Source: a bacterium
GTDB taxonomy: Bacteria > JAAXHH01
Assembly: GCA_965248395.1 (NCBI GenBank)
Contig: OZ252103.1
Coordinates: forward strand, 3,222,876 to 3,286,875
Length of the DNA: 64,000 bases
Direction of reading: 5' to 3'
Shown in pieces: positions 1 through 10,826 of the stretch (positions are counted from its first letter, which is position 1; every line of letters starts with the position of its first letter). The translations under genes and the position numbers were made by a program. The notes under the pieces are model-generated. The model did not search any database. It had not been told where the DNA came from and saw nothing but the letters and a program-made list of their open reading frames with translations.

Positions 1-59
1 CCGAAGATTCCAGCTTCGTGACGGGCCAGACCGTCGTGGCCTGCGGCGGACGGAGTTGA
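1..59 (+). CDS. 3' end of a short-chain dehydrogenase/reductase (partial)
   Basis: Frame from nt 3 reads EDSSFVTGQTVVACGGRS*, matching the SDR C-terminal S-x-F/Y-V-T-G-Q-x3-V-D-G-G pattern; TGA at 57-59. Confidence 0.6.
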   Translation, partial: EDSSFVTGQTVVACGGRS

Positions 60-99
60 GCGGCATATCGCACGCGGCCGGAGTTGAGCGGCGGCCGTC

Positions 100-2067
100 C
101 TACCTGTTCTCGATCAACTGGTCCACTACAGCCGGATCCGCCAGTGTCGAAGTATCGCCGATCTGGTCCAGTTCGTTGGTGGCGATCTTCCGCAGGATGC
201 GGCGCATGATCTTGCCGGAGCGCGTCTTGGGAAGGGCCGGCGCCCAGTGGATCACGTCCGGCGTCGCGATCGGACCTATGATCGAGCGCACCTTCTTCTT
301 CAGAACGGTGCGCAGGTCTTCCGTGTACTCCTCACCCACGTTGAGCGTCACGTAGGCGTAGATGCCCTGACCCTTGATCTCGTGGGGGAAACCCACCACG
401 GCCGCCTCGGCCACCGAACCGTGGGCCACCAGGGCGCTCTCCACCTCGGCCGTGCCCATCCTGTGGCCGGAGACGTTGATGACGTCGTCCACCCGGCCCG
501 TGATCCAGTAGTAGCCGTCCTCGTCCCGGCGGCAGCCGTCCCCGGTAAAGTAGTACCCCTTGTACTGCTGGAAATACGTGTCTTCGAACCGCTGGTGATC
601 CCCGTAGATCGTGCGCATCTGGCCCGGCCACGGTTCCCTGATGGCCAGCACACCCATGATCCCGTTGCCTTCCAGCTCCTTGCCGCTTTCGCCATCGAGA
701 AGAACGGGCTTCACGCCGAAGAACGGCAGGGTAGCCGAACCCGGCTTGGTGGGTATGGCGCCCGGTAGCGGGGAGATCATGACCCCGCCGGTCTCCGTCT
801 GCCACCACGTGTCTACGATCGGGCACCGTTCCTTGCCGACGTTTACGTGGTACCATCGCCAGGCTTCGGGATTGATCGGCTCGCCCACCGTGCCCAGCAG
901 CTTCAGCGTGGGCATAGGATGCCTGGCCGGCCACTCCGCGCCCTCCCGGGCCAACGCCCGGATGGCGGTCGGCGCCGTGTAGAACTGGTTGACGCCGTAC
1001 TTTTCGATGATTTCCCAGCAGCGATCCGGCGCCGGGTAGGTCGGAATGCCCTCGAACATGATGGTTGTGGCGCCGTTGCCCAGCGGACCGTAGATGATGT
1101 ATGAATGCCCCGTGACCCAGCCGATGTCGGCGCCGCAGAAATAGATGTCGCCCTCGTGGTAGTCGAACACGCAGCGGTGGGTGACCCCTGTATACACCAT
1201 GTAGCCGCCGACGGTATGCTGCACGCCCTTCGGCTTGCCCGTGGAACCGGAAGTATAGAGAATGAACAGGGGATCCTCGGCGTCCATTTCCTCGCAAGGG
1301 CAGTCTTTATCGGCCTGGGCCATGAGGTCATGCCACCAGAAATCCCGGCCTTCCTTCATGGGGAAATTGAAATCGGGATTGCCCGTGACCCGATCGACCA
1401 CGATGCAGGTGGTGACCTCTTCGCCCATCTCCTTCTCCGCCGAGGCCATGGCTTCGTCCGCCACCGGTTTCATGAAGACGGGCTTATCACCGCGGTGCGT
1501 GCCATTGGTGGTAATGACGGTCCTGCAGGTCGAATCCACGATACGGTCGGACAGCGAATCAGCGGAGAAACCGCCGAACACGATGGAATGGACCGCGCCG
1601 ATGCGGGCGCAGGCCAGCATGGCGACGGCCAGCTCCGGGATCATGGGCAGGTAGATGGATACCCGGTCGCCCTTGCCGACACCCCGCGCCTTCAGTACGT
1701 TGGCGAACCTGCACACCTGCTCGTGCAGTTCCAGGTACGTGAGGCTGGCGTCCTCGCCCGGCTCATTGCCTTCCCAGATGATGGCCGTCTGGCCTCCCCG
1801 TGCTTCCAGGTGGCGGTCCAGGCAATTGTACACGATATTCGTCCTGCCGCCTTCGTACCACTTGATGGAAACCGGCCCCTTCCGCAGATCGTAGTTGTAG
1901 GACCGGACCCGGTCCCACTTTCTGAACCAGTGGAAGGATGCCGCCTTCTCGGCCCAGTAGGCCTCCGGGTCGGCGACGGACCGTTCATATTCCTGCTGGT
2001 ATTCCTCCAGGCTTTTGATGTGCGCCTTGTTGCGGAACGACTCGTTCGGCTGATACATGTCGGGCAT
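100..2067 (-). CDS. acs: acetate--CoA ligase (acetyl-CoA synthetase)
   Basis: 655 aa; [16 protein letters not shown]-binding loop, [21 protein letters not shown] acetylation motif. Confidence 0.97.
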   Translation of the reverse strand: MPDMYQPNESFRNKAHIKSLEEYQQEYERSVADPEAYWAEKAASFHWFRKWDRVRSYNYDLRKGPVSIKWYEGGRTNIVYNCLDRHLEARGGQTAIIWEGNEPGEDASLTYLELHEQVCRFANVLKARGVGKGDRVSIYLPMIPELAVAMLACARIGAVHSIVFGGFSADSLSDRIVDSTCRTVITTNGTHRGDKPVFMKPVADEAMASAEKEMGEEVTTCIVVDRVTGNPDFNFPMKEGRDFWWHDLMAQADKDCPCEEMDAEDPLFILYTSGSTGKPKGVQHTVGGYMVYTGVTHRCVFDYHEGDIYFCGADIGWVTGHSYIIYGPLGNGATTIMFEGIPTYPAPDRCWEIIEKYGVNQFYTAPTAIRALAREGAEWPARHPMPTLKLLGTVGEPINPEAWRWYHVNVGKERCPIVDTWWQTETGGVMISPLPGAIPTKPGSATLPFFGVKPVLLDGESGKELEGNGIMGVLAIREPWPGQMRTIYGDHQRFEDTYFQQYKGYYFTGDGCRRDEDGYYWITGRVDDVINVSGHRMGTAEVESALVAHGSVAEAAVVGFPHEIKGQGIYAYVTLNVGEEYTEDLRTVLKKKVRSIIGPIATPDVIHWAPALPKTRSGKIMRRILRKIATNELDQIGDTSTLADPAVVDQLIENR

Positions 2068-2186
2068 GTTCGGTCTCCGGTCTACGGTTGAAGCTTGCGG
2101 GGGATTCCTCGAGTTCTACAGCAAGAAACGGGTCTGGCCCTATGATCCTGATCCTGGTCCGTCTGATTGGACAGGGAAGATACCGG

Positions 2187-2975
2187 TCAGTTCTCAATTT
2201 CCACGTCGACGCGATCCCCGTATTTCACGCCCAGCAGGTCGGCCGCGCTGCCCCCGTTGACGGCGATTTCGAGCAGTCCGGCGCTGTCCAGAATGGCCAG
2301 GGCCGCTCCGGCGGCCGCTTCATCGTAGGAATCGCTGACGCGTTCCAGCATCAAGGTGTCCAACTTGATGTGGAATCGCCTCCCCCGGGTCGTTTCCAGG
2401 AAGAGGGATTCGCCGATATCCGTTATTATATTGCCATACCGGTCGATATGCAATACGTGACCCGCGATCCCATCCCCGCTGACTGCCGGTTCGGTGATCG
2501 AACCGGTGTGGTAATCGGTGATCTCGGGTCCGAAATCGGAAACGGGCCGTCCCAAAGCGAGATGGGCCGCCACGGGCGCGAAGACGTCCCGTCCATGGAA
2601 CGTACGGCTTATCCGCGGCAGCATGTAGCCGGGCTGGGTAACGGACGTGACGCGGACTTCGGATTCACTGGCGTACACATGCGCGAAGACGCCGTTGTCC
2701 GGCCCGACAAACCGGTGCCGGGAGGTCTCCACGATCAGCGCGCGTCGGTCGCCGCCCACGCCCGGATCGACGACGGCCACGTGTACCGCGCCGTCCGGAA
2801 AGTAAGGATAGGCGGTGCGCAGGACGAAAGCGCCTTCGTCGATCCGCTGGGGCGCAATCCCGTGGGTCAGGTCCACGATCCGTACCTCGGGACAGATGCC
2901 CAGGATGACCCCCTTCATGGTTCCCACGAAGGCGTCGCGATGGCCGAAATCGGTTAGAAGCGTAATCACGGACAT
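2187..2975 (-). CDS. SAM hydrolase / SAM-dependent chlorinase-fluorinase family protein (DUF62)
   Basis: ITLLTDFG, VVDPGVG, GPDNG, TFHGRDVFAP, IDRYGN, LEIAVNGGSAA motifs. Confidence 0.93.
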   Translation of the reverse strand: MSVITLLTDFGHRDAFVGTMKGVILGICPEVRIVDLTHGIAPQRIDEGAFVLRTAYPYFPDGAVHVAVVDPGVGGDRRALIVETSRHRFVGPDNGVFAHVYASESEVRVTSVTQPGYMLPRISRTFHGRDVFAPVAAHLALGRPVSDFGPEITDYHTGSITEPAVSGDGIAGHVLHIDRYGNIITDIGESLFLETTRGRRFHIKLDTLMLERVSDSYDEAAAGAALAILDSAGLLEIAVNGGSAADLLGVKYGDRVDVEIEN

Positions 2976-3793
2976 GGCAAAGGAGGTTTCTCGCCGCGGG
3001 GTTCGGCACCCGCGCCTGATCTCGATTCGCCGATCAGGATGTTCCGGGGGGCGTCGTCATTGACCGGGCGGCCGTCGAAATCACCGAAAGTCTGCGCGAC
3101 CTTCAATCCGGCCAGGTCCATCATCGCGTCCAGCTCTTCCAGGGTATACATGCGTACTGATTCGTCGTAGCTCCGCTCCACTCCGCCTTCCCTGATCCGC
3201 ACGTGTTTATTGATGCGTACGTGACCGCCCGCTTCCGACGGATCCCCCGTGATCCAGCGCCGCTGTTCGACCTCCATGCCTTCCACGGTCCGACGGTCTT
3301 CAGGAACGAGGGTAGAGAGTACGTACGCCCGATTCAGGTAATCCATAAGGAAACGGCCCCCGGGACGCAGCGACCGCGCCATGGCGTCCAGCACCCGGGC
3401 GTTCTCCCTGTCCTCACTGAAATATCCGAAACTGGTGAAGAAATTGACGACGAGATCGAAAGCGGAGACACCGGGCGCGTCACGCATGTCGCCCCGGATG
3501 AAGGTAATGTCCAGCCCTTCGTCCGAGGTACGGCGGCGGGCCCGGCCGAGCAGTTCTTCCGACAGGTCCAGTCCGGTTACCCGATAACCGCGCCGGGTAA
3601 GTTCGAGGCTGTGCCGGCCATCGCCGCAACCGAGGTCCAGCACGTCGCACGGCGGCGCGTTGTCCAGCCTTTCCAATAGAAAATCGACCTGGCGCCGCGC
3701 TTCTTCGTCGTTCCGATGGGGATACACCCGCAGGTAGTCGAAACGAAAAGCTGTTGTGTACCAGTCGGACGCCGGATTTCGATGTGTAACCAT
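2966..3793 (-). CDS. class I SAM-dependent methyltransferase
   Basis: VLDLGCGDGRH motif I, FTSFGYF, LRPGGRFLMD; 3' end overlaps the DUF62 gene start; ATG at 3793 chosen. Confidence 0.9.
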   Translation of the reverse strand: MVTHRNPASDWYTTAFRFDYLRVYPHRNDEEARRQVDFLLERLDNAPPCDVLDLGCGDGRHSLELTRRGYRVTGLDLSEELLGRARRRTSDEGLDITFIRGDMRDAPGVSAFDLVVNFFTSFGYFSEDRENARVLDAMARSLRPGGRFLMDYLNRAYVLSTLVPEDRRTVEGMEVEQRRWITGDPSEAGGHVRINKHVRIREGGVERSYDESVRMYTLEELDAMMDLAGLKVAQTFGDFDGRPVNDDAPRNILIGESRSGAGAEPRGEKPPLPCP

Positions 3794-3897
3794 ACCCACC
3801 TGCTGTGCTGTTCAGGTCATGTATCAACGCATTTTCAATATACAGCGTCACGTGTTTCCGTCAATCCGCGATTGCCACGCAGCCCCGTATCGTAGTG

Positions 3898-3933
3898 GTA
3901 CCTGTTGACAACAGGTACTCATATGTTTAGTTT
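3898..3933 (+). promoter_or_regulatory. sigma70-type promoter with a perfect palindrome over the -35 element
   Basis: TTGACA (3905-3910)-17 bp-TAGTTT (3928-3933); GTACCTGTTG-A-CAACAGGTAC at 3898-3918. Confidence 0.6.
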
Positions 3934-3996
3934 ATCCATGTGGATTTGACGGCTGCGGTCCGGATCAATCCGACCCGGCATTAACTGGAGCAAACC

Positions 3997-4212
3997 ATGC
4001 CCAGCAAAAGAAAGCAGGCCGACGGGTCCGCGATGGACGACGCGGAATTCGAGAAGCTGCTCGATGAAATGGAAGAGCTGGGCCACCAGGCCGACGCCTT
4101 ACGCGCGAAAGTGAATCACCTCATCGACGAGATGCGGGAGAATGACGCCGTGTTAGATGAGGATGGGGATGTAGATGGAAACAGTGGCCAGGTAGAAACC
4201 AGTGGTGAGTAA
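3997..4212 (+). CDS. small acidic coiled-coil hypothetical protein
   Basis: 71 aa ORF, GGAG RBS, upstream promoter, fills the intergenic gap. Confidence 0.65.
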   Translation: MPSKRKQADGSAMDDAEFEKLLDEMEELGHQADALRAKVNHLIDEMRENDAVLDEDGDVDGNSGQVETSGE

Positions 4213-4307
4213 AACCCACGCTTTAAAGACCCGACCTGCGACTCGGAATCACCCGGGAATACAAGCTGTAAGGCCTCGAGCCGGTTACGACGTGTTCGGA
4301 TGCCCGC

Positions 4308-5267
4308 CTAACCTCTGATCTTACCGTACACGCTGAACGCTTCTTCCCTGGAAGGTATGGAGTAGGTCGCTCCTCGGCCGCGGATCTTGAGGCCGGCCAT
4401 GACGGTGCCGAGCGTCGCGGATTCGAGGGCGCTCATACCATTGGTCAATCCGTAAAGCAAAGCCCCGTTGAATACATCTCCGGCGCCGGATGTATCGGAA
4501 ACCTTGTCCGGAACATAGGCCGGCATTACGTGGATCTCATCGTCCACGCCGAGTACCACGCCAGACGCCCCGCATTTTACCGCTACCAGGTCTACGCCCC
4601 TGTTCCGGGCCGACTCGATGACCTCCCGCGCATCGTCCGTGCCGAAGAGCGCCTCACTTTCCTCGGGCGCGCTGGGCAGGAGTACGTTCACGTAGGGGAT
4701 GATCTCGTCCAGGGCGTCCCGGGCATCCTCGAGGGACCAGAGGCCCAGCCTCAGGTTTGTGTCGAATGCCGTCGTGACGTTGTGTTCCCGGGCAATCTTG
4801 AAGGCCTTGAGCACGGCTGCGCGACAGCTCCTGGAGATCGCCTGCGAGATGCCGCTGGCATAAACGATCTTAGTGCTTCCGATGTAGTCCGGATCGATGT
4901 CGCCGGGTTCGAGGAAGCTCGCGGCGCTGCCCGATCGATAGTAGGTGAACTCCCGTTCGCCGCCAGGCAGGATGGAGATGAAGTAGAGTCCGTTGGGCCG
5001 GTCCAGGGGGGTGGCGCAACGAAGATCGATGCCTTCTGAGCGCCACGCTTCGGTCAGGAAATCCTGGAAGGGGTCGTTGCCGACGTGGGTGATATACCCG
5101 GTCTTCGCGCCCAGGCGGGAAGCGGCCACGAGCATGTTCATGGTGTCGCCGGCGAAGGTTCGTGTAAAGGTATCGCTTTGGGCGAGCGGACCTTCGCAGA
5201 ACATCTCGATCATGCACTCGCCTATCGAGACGATATCTAGTCGGGACACACTGTCCGATGTCCGCAC
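4308..5267 (-). CDS. PfkB family sugar kinase (2-keto-3-deoxygluconate kinase-like)
   Basis: IGECMIE, AGDTMN, FDTNLR, DTSGAGDVFNG PfkB signature; GTG start at 5267 just after upstream stop. Confidence 0.9.
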   Translation of the reverse strand: MRTSDSVSRLDIVSIGECMIEMFCEGPLAQSDTFTRTFAGDTMNMLVAASRLGAKTGYITHVGNDPFQDFLTEAWRSEGIDLRCATPLDRPNGLYFISILPGGEREFTYYRSGSAASFLEPGDIDPDYIGSTKIVYASGISQAISRSCRAAVLKAFKIAREHNVTTAFDTNLRLGLWSLEDARDALDEIIPYVNVLLPSAPEESEALFGTDDAREVIESARNRGVDLVAVKCGASGVVLGVDDEIHVMPAYVPDKVSDTSGAGDVFNGALLYGLTNGMSALESATLGTVMAGLKIRGRGATYSIPSREEAFSVYGKIRG

Positions 5268-5275
5268 GGCGAATC

Positions 5276-5905
5276 CTACCTCTTCACGCTTACGGCCACT
5301 CCGTCCCGAAGGGGAATGATCGTCGTCCATATTTCGTCGGAACCATAGGCCTTTTTGTTGTACGCTTGAATGGCCGTGGTCCACCGGTCGTCGGACGGCT
5401 CGGTCACACGCCCGCTCCACAGCACGTTGTCGGTGATCAACAGGCCGCCCTGGCGGATACGCGGCAACGCCAGGTCGAATACGCGGGGATAGTCGTGCTT
5501 GTCCACGTCGTTGAAGATCAGGTCGAAGCTGCCCTCGGTTTGTTCCAGCAATTCCAGCGCGTCCCCCACCTGGACCACGACGCGGTCCGCCACACCGGCG
5601 CGCTCGATGAACTTCCGGGCCTGCGCCGCGTTTTCCTCACTGCCATCGGAGTAGTATACACGGCCTTCCGGACCGACGGCCCGGGCGAGCCATATGGTTG
5701 AATAACCTATGGCCGATCCCATCTCGAACACGCGGCGGGCGCCGCTTAGCACGGCCATCTGGTACAGCACGCGGCCGACCAGGGGACCGACGATGGGAAT
5801 CCTCTCCACCCTGGCCTTTTCTTCCATTTCGGTCAGCACCTCGTCCCTGCCGGGCATCAGTTCCGACAGGTAATTGTCCAGCGCTTCGGAAAGTACGTTG
5901 GGCAT
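5276..5905 (-). CDS. O-methyltransferase (caffeoyl-CoA OMT/YrrM-like)
   Basis: EMGSAIGYST, FDLIFNDVDK, ITDNVLWSG, PLRDGV; AGGAG RBS before ATG 5905 (5935 is an alternative start). Confidence 0.88.
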   Translation of the reverse strand: MPNVLSEALDNYLSELMPGRDEVLTEMEEKARVERIPIVGPLVGRVLYQMAVLSGARRVFEMGSAIGYSTIWLARAVGPEGRVYYSDGSEENAAQARKFIERAGVADRVVVQVGDALELLEQTEGSFDLIFNDVDKHDYPRVFDLALPRIRQGGLLITDNVLWSGRVTEPSDDRWTTAIQAYNKKAYGSDEIWTTIIPLRDGVAVSVKR

Positions 5906-6013
5906 GGGGTTATTGCTCCTGTCGTTGCCATTCATATACTTCAGCACTCCGTGGGCTTTTGCTGTACTGGTGGGCATGCTACATGTGACACTGCGAGGGA
6001 ACAACTCTGCGAA

Positions 6014-6943
6014 TCAGAAGATCTCGACCGTCAGGTACTTGCCGGGATTCGCCTTGAGATCGACGACGAGCTCGTCCAGGTTGGATACCAGGCGGTCCAT
6101 GTTGACGAACATGCGGTCCACGTCGTCGTACAGCCTTTCGTCGTGCAACATTTTACCAAGGGTACCCTCGCCGCGGTCCAGTCGCGTAAGAATGTTGTCC
6201 AGCGCCGTAGTCGTGGTCTGCAATTCGTCCAGCATGGTCTTCAGCCTTCCGGACGTGCTTTCCAGGTTGTCCAGTGTGCTCGAAACCTTGGACCTTTCGG
6301 TCTCGCTCAGGTTCTTTACGTTTCCGACCAGTGAGTCCATGTTCGCCAGGACCCGGTTGACCTGTATGCTCTCGCGCTTCAGCGTCCGCTGCAGCTCGGT
6401 GGTCAAATCGTGGATACCCTCGAGACTGCTCTTGATGGAACCATCCCTTTCGGGATCCAGCAGGATATTGGCGTTTTTCAGCAGGTCGCGTACGTTGACG
6501 GTGACGGAATCAACCTGGGTAAACATCTCGGACAGACCCGGCGCAGCCGTACCCTCAAGCTTGCCGCCTGGGGGTATCATCTCTGTGCTGACGCCTTTCT
6601 GGATGTTGATGGATTTTTCTCCCATGACGCTCCGGGAAATCACTTCCACCTTCGAATCCTCTGGGATCTGGTATGGCTCGTCGATGCGCAACGTGACGAC
6701 GGGTGACAGGTCGTCGAGGGCAATGGCCTCCACCTTGCCGATCCGCACGCCGCCCACCAGGATCGGGTCGGAGGACTTTACCCCCACGGCGCTGCTGAAG
6801 CGCACCTCCACGAGGTAGGTATCTCCCGTTACCCGCCATTCCTTCAGGTAGAACAGGCCCCAGACGAAAATGATGATGGCCAGGAGAAAGGCCATTCCGA
6901 GTTTCGCCTCGTCGGGTAAAATACTTTTCTTCTTAAACGTCAC
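6014..6943 (-). CDS. mlaD: MCE/MlaD family protein
   Basis: N-terminal TM, MCE domain (GVKSSDPILVGGVRIGKV, SVMGEKSINI), helical tail GEGTLGKML; follows mlaE. Confidence 0.9.
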   Translation of the reverse strand: MTFKKKSILPDEAKLGMAFLLAIIIFVWGLFYLKEWRVTGDTYLVEVRFSSAVGVKSSDPILVGGVRIGKVEAIALDDLSPVVTLRIDEPYQIPEDSKVEVISRSVMGEKSINIQKGVSTEMIPPGGKLEGTAAPGLSEMFTQVDSVTVNVRDLLKNANILLDPERDGSIKSSLEGIHDLTTELQRTLKRESIQVNRVLANMDSLVGNVKNLSETERSKVSSTLDNLESTSGRLKTMLDELQTTTTALDNILTRLDRGEGTLGKMLHDERLYDDVDRMFVNMDRLVSNLDELVVDLKANPGKYLTVEIF

Positions 6944-6958
6944 GGCACACCCCTTGAT

Positions 6959-7735
6959 CTACAGAATCGTCCTGGCCAACAGGTAGTCCAGGCACAGGAT
7001 CAGAATACACGATACCACCACCGTGTTGGTAGTCGCCTGGCCAACGCCTTCGGCGCCCGAGCCCGGTTTCACCTTGAAACCCTGGTAGCAGGCGATCGTG
7101 GTGATCGTAATCCCGAAACAGAAAGCTTTGGACAGACCGAAGAAAGCGTCCTTGGTCCGGAAGAACTCCCGCATTCCCCGTTCGAAGTCCGGCACGCTCA
7201 CTTGCATCCGGTCCAGGGCGGCGACCATGCCGGAAAGCACACCGATCAGATCGGCAAACACCACGAGAACCGGCAGCATGAACATGCCGGCGAGGATACG
7301 GGGGATCGCCAGGTAGACGATGGGATTCATCGCCATCACTTCGTAGGCGTCGAGCTGTTCCGTTACCCGCATCGTGCCGAGTTCGGCCGCGATGGTGGCG
7401 CCCACCCTGCCCGAAAGCACCAGGCCGCCAAGCACGGGCGCCAGTTCGAGCACCACCGATTCCAGGACGACGCTCCCCACCAGGTAGGCGGGTACGTACC
7501 CCTGAAACTGGTATCCGGTCTGCACGGCCGTCACCAGTCCGGCGAAAAACGCGATGATCAGGACAATCGGCATGGATCGTATGCCGATCACGATCATCTG
7601 CTTGATCATCAGCCCCCAGTATACCCGGATTTTGGGCAGGTTTCGGACGACTTCGATCATCATCGTGCCGAAGTCGCCGATGTTCGTCAGCGCCCAGAGA
7701 ACGCGTCTGCCCAGGAACGTTAAAAAGGGGGTCAT
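6959..7735 (-). CDS. mlaE: MlaE family ABC transporter permease
   Basis: [38 protein letters not shown]. Confidence 0.95.
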   Translation of the reverse strand: MTPFLTFLGRRVLWALTNIGDFGTMMIEVVRNLPKIRVYWGLMIKQMIVIGIRSMPIVLIIAFFAGLVTAVQTGYQFQGYVPAYLVGSVVLESVVLELAPVLGGLVLSGRVGATIAAELGTMRVTEQLDAYEVMAMNPIVYLAIPRILAGMFMLPVLVVFADLIGVLSGMVAALDRMQVSVPDFERGMREFFRTKDAFFGLSKAFCFGITITTIACYQGFKVKPGSGAEGVGQATTNTVVVSCILILCLDYLLARTIL

Positions 7736-7738
7736 GGT

Positions 7739-9895
7739 CTACAGTGCGATGAGCGGGGCGATGACCAGGGACACGACGGCCATGAGCTTGATCAGGATGT
7801 TCAGCGAGGGGCCTGAGGTGTCCTTGAAGGGATCGCCCACGGTATCTCCCACCACGGCGGCCTTGTGGGCTTCCGATCCTTTCTCGTAGCGCAGGCCGTC
7901 GATGGTCAGTCCCTCTTCGAACATCTTCTTCGCGTTGTCCCAGGCCCCGCCCGCGTTGGCCTGGAATATCGCCATCAGCACGCCCGAAACGGTCACGCCG
8001 GCCAGAAGGCCGCCAAGCGTCTCCGGACCGAAGACGAATCCCACGACGACGGGCGTCAACACGGCCAGCAGGCCGGGAAGGACCATGCGCCGGATGGCCG
8101 CCTTGGTGGAGATTTCCACGCACCGGGCATATTCGGGTTTACCGCTCGCCGCCTGGAAGATGTCCCGGTCCTCTTGAGTCCAATCGCCTTCGTCCACCCC
8201 GTCGTTCTTCTTCATCACCGCCAGCGCGGCCTTTAGTTCCGGTATGGAATTGAACTGTCGCCTGACCTCTTCGATCATGGCCATGGCCGCCTGTCCCACG
8301 GCGTTCATGGCCAGGGAGGAGAACAGGAACGGCAGCATGCCGCCCACGAAGAGTCCCGCCATGACGCGGGGATTCGCAATATCGATGGTCGAGATGCCCA
8401 CCTGCACCATGTAGGCCGCGAAAAGCGCGAGCGCGGTCAGCGCCGCGGAACCGATGGCGAATCCCTTGCCGATCGCCGCGGTCGTGTTGCCCACCGCGTC
8501 GAGCTTGTCCGTCCGCTGCCTTACCTCGGGGGGCAGCTCCGCCATCTCGGCCACACCGCCCGCATTGTCCGATATTGGGCCGTAGGCATCCACAGCCAGC
8601 TGGATGCCCGTATTGGAAAGCATGCCCAGGGCCGCCATTGCGATCCCGTACAGCCCGGCGAGATAGTAGGCGCCCATGATGCCGGCGGCGATGATCAATA
8701 TGGGTATGGCCGTGGACCGCATGCCGATGCCCAAGCCCGCGATGATGTTGGTCGCGGTACCCGTCACGGACTGCCTTGCAATGGACGTGACCGGACCGGT
8801 ATGGGTTCCCGTGTAGTGCTCCGTAATCAATCCGATTCCGAGTCCGGCCGAAAGACCGATCGTCGTGGCGATGAAGACGCCCAGGCTGGTGTAGGTTTCG
8901 CCGCCCAAGGTGAATTCTCCGGGGAGAAAATAGTCGATGAGGAAATACATCACGGCGACCATGATCGCGGAAGATCCGAACTCGCCTTTGTTCAACCCGG
9001 ATTGGGGATTGCCGCCTTCTTTGACCGAAACCATGAAGGTGCCGAGGATCGAGATGATGATGCCGGCGCCCGCGATGATCAAGGGGAGGGTGATGAAGAC
9101 CGGATCGTACACGCCCGCGACGAGGATGCCGGCGCCCAGCACCATGGATCCGATGATGGATCCCACGTAGGATTCGAACAGGTCGGCGCCCATGCCGGCC
9201 ACGTCGCCCACGTTGTCTCCCACGTTGTCAGCTATTGAGGCTGGATTGAGGGGATGGTCCTCGGGAATCCCGGCTTCTACCTTGCCCACCAGGTCTGCGC
9301 CCACGTCGGCCGCCTTGGTATAGATACCGCCTCCCACGCGAGCGAAAAGGGCAATCGACGAGGCGCCCAGCGAAAAGCCGGAGATGACGTTCAGTACCCT
9401 GCCCATACCGGACTCATCAATACCGAAGAGTCCCGTATAGAGGATGAACAGCCCGCCGAGGCCCAATACGCCCAGGCCCACCACGTTCAGTCCCATGACC
9501 GATCCGCCGGCAAAGGCCACGTGCAGCGCCTGGGCCAGTCCGGTCCGCGCCGCGTGGGTCGTCCGCGTATTTGCGCGTATGGCCACCCGCATGCCCAGGA
9601 AACCCGCCAGACCGGAGGTGAAAGCCCCGGTTACGAAGGACAGCGCAATGAGCGCGCTCGACTCTACCCTGCCCATGTTCGCCACGGCGAGCAGCACCGC
9701 CACGACTACGACAAAGATACCCAGTACCCGGTACTCCGCCTTTAGAAATGCCATCGCGCCTTCAGCGATACTGGCGCCGATGGATTTCATTTTCTCCGTT
9801 CCCTCATCCTGGCGGTTGATCCAGGCCGTCCTCCAGATGGAGTATATCAGTCCCAACAGGCCCGCACCGATCACGCCGTACATCAACTCGTCCAT
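7739..9895 (-). CDS. hppA: membrane-bound ion-translocating pyrophosphatase, K+-dependent type (probably Na+-PPase)
   Basis: [41 protein letters not shown] (Ala marks K+-dependence), [14 protein letters not shown]. Confidence 0.95.
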   Translation of the reverse strand: MDELMYGVIGAGLLGLIYSIWRTAWINRQDEGTEKMKSIGASIAEGAMAFLKAEYRVLGIFVVVVAVLLAVANMGRVESSALIALSFVTGAFTSGLAGFLGMRVAIRANTRTTHAARTGLAQALHVAFAGGSVMGLNVVGLGVLGLGGLFILYTGLFGIDESGMGRVLNVISGFSLGASSIALFARVGGGIYTKAADVGADLVGKVEAGIPEDHPLNPASIADNVGDNVGDVAGMGADLFESYVGSIIGSMVLGAGILVAGVYDPVFITLPLIIAGAGIIISILGTFMVSVKEGGNPQSGLNKGEFGSSAIMVAVMYFLIDYFLPGEFTLGGETYTSLGVFIATTIGLSAGLGIGLITEHYTGTHTGPVTSIARQSVTGTATNIIAGLGIGMRSTAIPILIIAAGIMGAYYLAGLYGIAMAALGMLSNTGIQLAVDAYGPISDNAGGVAEMAELPPEVRQRTDKLDAVGNTTAAIGKGFAIGSAALTALALFAAYMVQVGISTIDIANPRVMAGLFVGGMLPFLFSSLAMNAVGQAAMAMIEEVRRQFNSIPELKAALAVMKKNDGVDEGDWTQEDRDIFQAASGKPEYARCVEISTKAAIRRMVLPGLLAVLTPVVVGFVFGPETLGGLLAGVTVSGVLMAIFQANAGGAWDNAKKMFEEGLTIDGLRYEKGSEAHKAAVVGDTVGDPFKDTSGPSLNILIKLMAVVSLVIAPLIAL

Positions 9896-9985
9896 ATCCC
9901 GAAACCTTCTCCCTTAGTTATTCTAAATGGAAAACACAACCATTACCGAACTGCCACGCGATCGTCAACCTATCGTCCACACACA

Positions 9986-10014
9986 CAGAGGGCGGGTATG
10001 GAACCCGCCCTTTG
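9986..10014. terminator. GC-rich hairpin (terminator or REP-like) between tonB and hppA
   Basis: AGGGCGGGT-ATGGA-ACCCGCCCT inverted repeat. Confidence 0.5.
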
Positions 10015-10085
10015 TTCTTCCGAACTGCCAGAAGGGATGCGCCGCGGTTTAGTGGCCGCCGGCGCAGTCCTAAGGTACTTCAGCC

Positions 10086-10826
10086 TTAGCGCAACCTGAA
10101 TAAAACCGGCTGCGCCACCCAGACGGCCACCGGCCTGCTGTTCTGAATAGCCGGCGTATACACCCATTTCCTAATGGCCTCGAGTGCAGCTTCGTCTAGT
10201 CCCGCGCCAACCCCCCTCAGCAGTATGGCGTCACGGACTCTGCCTTGCTTGTCAACCAGGATCTTGATTAACACCGTTCCCTCTATACCCGCCTTTCGGG
10301 CCAACTCCGGGTAATCGGGTTGTATGCGGGTAACTGCCGCAGGCGGTGTTTCGAAGGGCACGAATTCATCGGGCGGCGGCAGCGCATCGTCATCTATCTG
10401 GATGTTCTCTTCTTCCGGTGCAATGATGACGATGTTCTCTTCCTCGATGTCCTGGATCACCGGTGCGATACTCTGGCTCATCTCGGTCTGTGTGGCGATC
10501 GTCATCTCGGCGGATACCTCGGCGTCATCCACGGGCTCCGGTATACCGATCACCGGCCTGGATGGCGCCTCCACCGGAACCTCGGGCATTTCCGGCGCGT
10601 CGGTAAGGGCCGGCGGCGGCCCCAGGTCGGCGTAGGTCACGATCGTGGTCGCGTACTGCCTGTTCATCTCCTGTAGATACCACACAGTCCAGTAGGCGCC
10701 GACGGCCAGAACATGCAGGATAATCGCGGCTATTATTGCATTCCTGGCGTGCTTCTGGTAATAGGACTTTAAGGCGGACTCTTTCTTGAGAGGGAAATGC
10801 TCGACGCTAAGCAGCGATCCGATCAT
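10086..10826 (-). CDS. tonB: energy transducer TonB
   Basis: TM with His (ILHVLAV), Pro/acidic linker, YPELARKAGIEGTV TonB C-terminal domain. Confidence 0.92.
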   Translation of the reverse strand: MIGSLLSVEHFPLKKESALKSYYQKHARNAIIAAIILHVLAVGAYWTVWYLQEMNRQYATTIVTYADLGPPPALTDAPEMPEVPVEAPSRPVIGIPEPVDDAEVSAEMTIATQTEMSQSIAPVIQDIEEENIVIIAPEEENIQIDDDALPPPDEFVPFETPPAAVTRIQPDYPELARKAGIEGTVLIKILVDKQGRVRDAILLRGVGAGLDEAALEAIRKWVYTPAIQNSRPVAVWVAQPVLFRLR

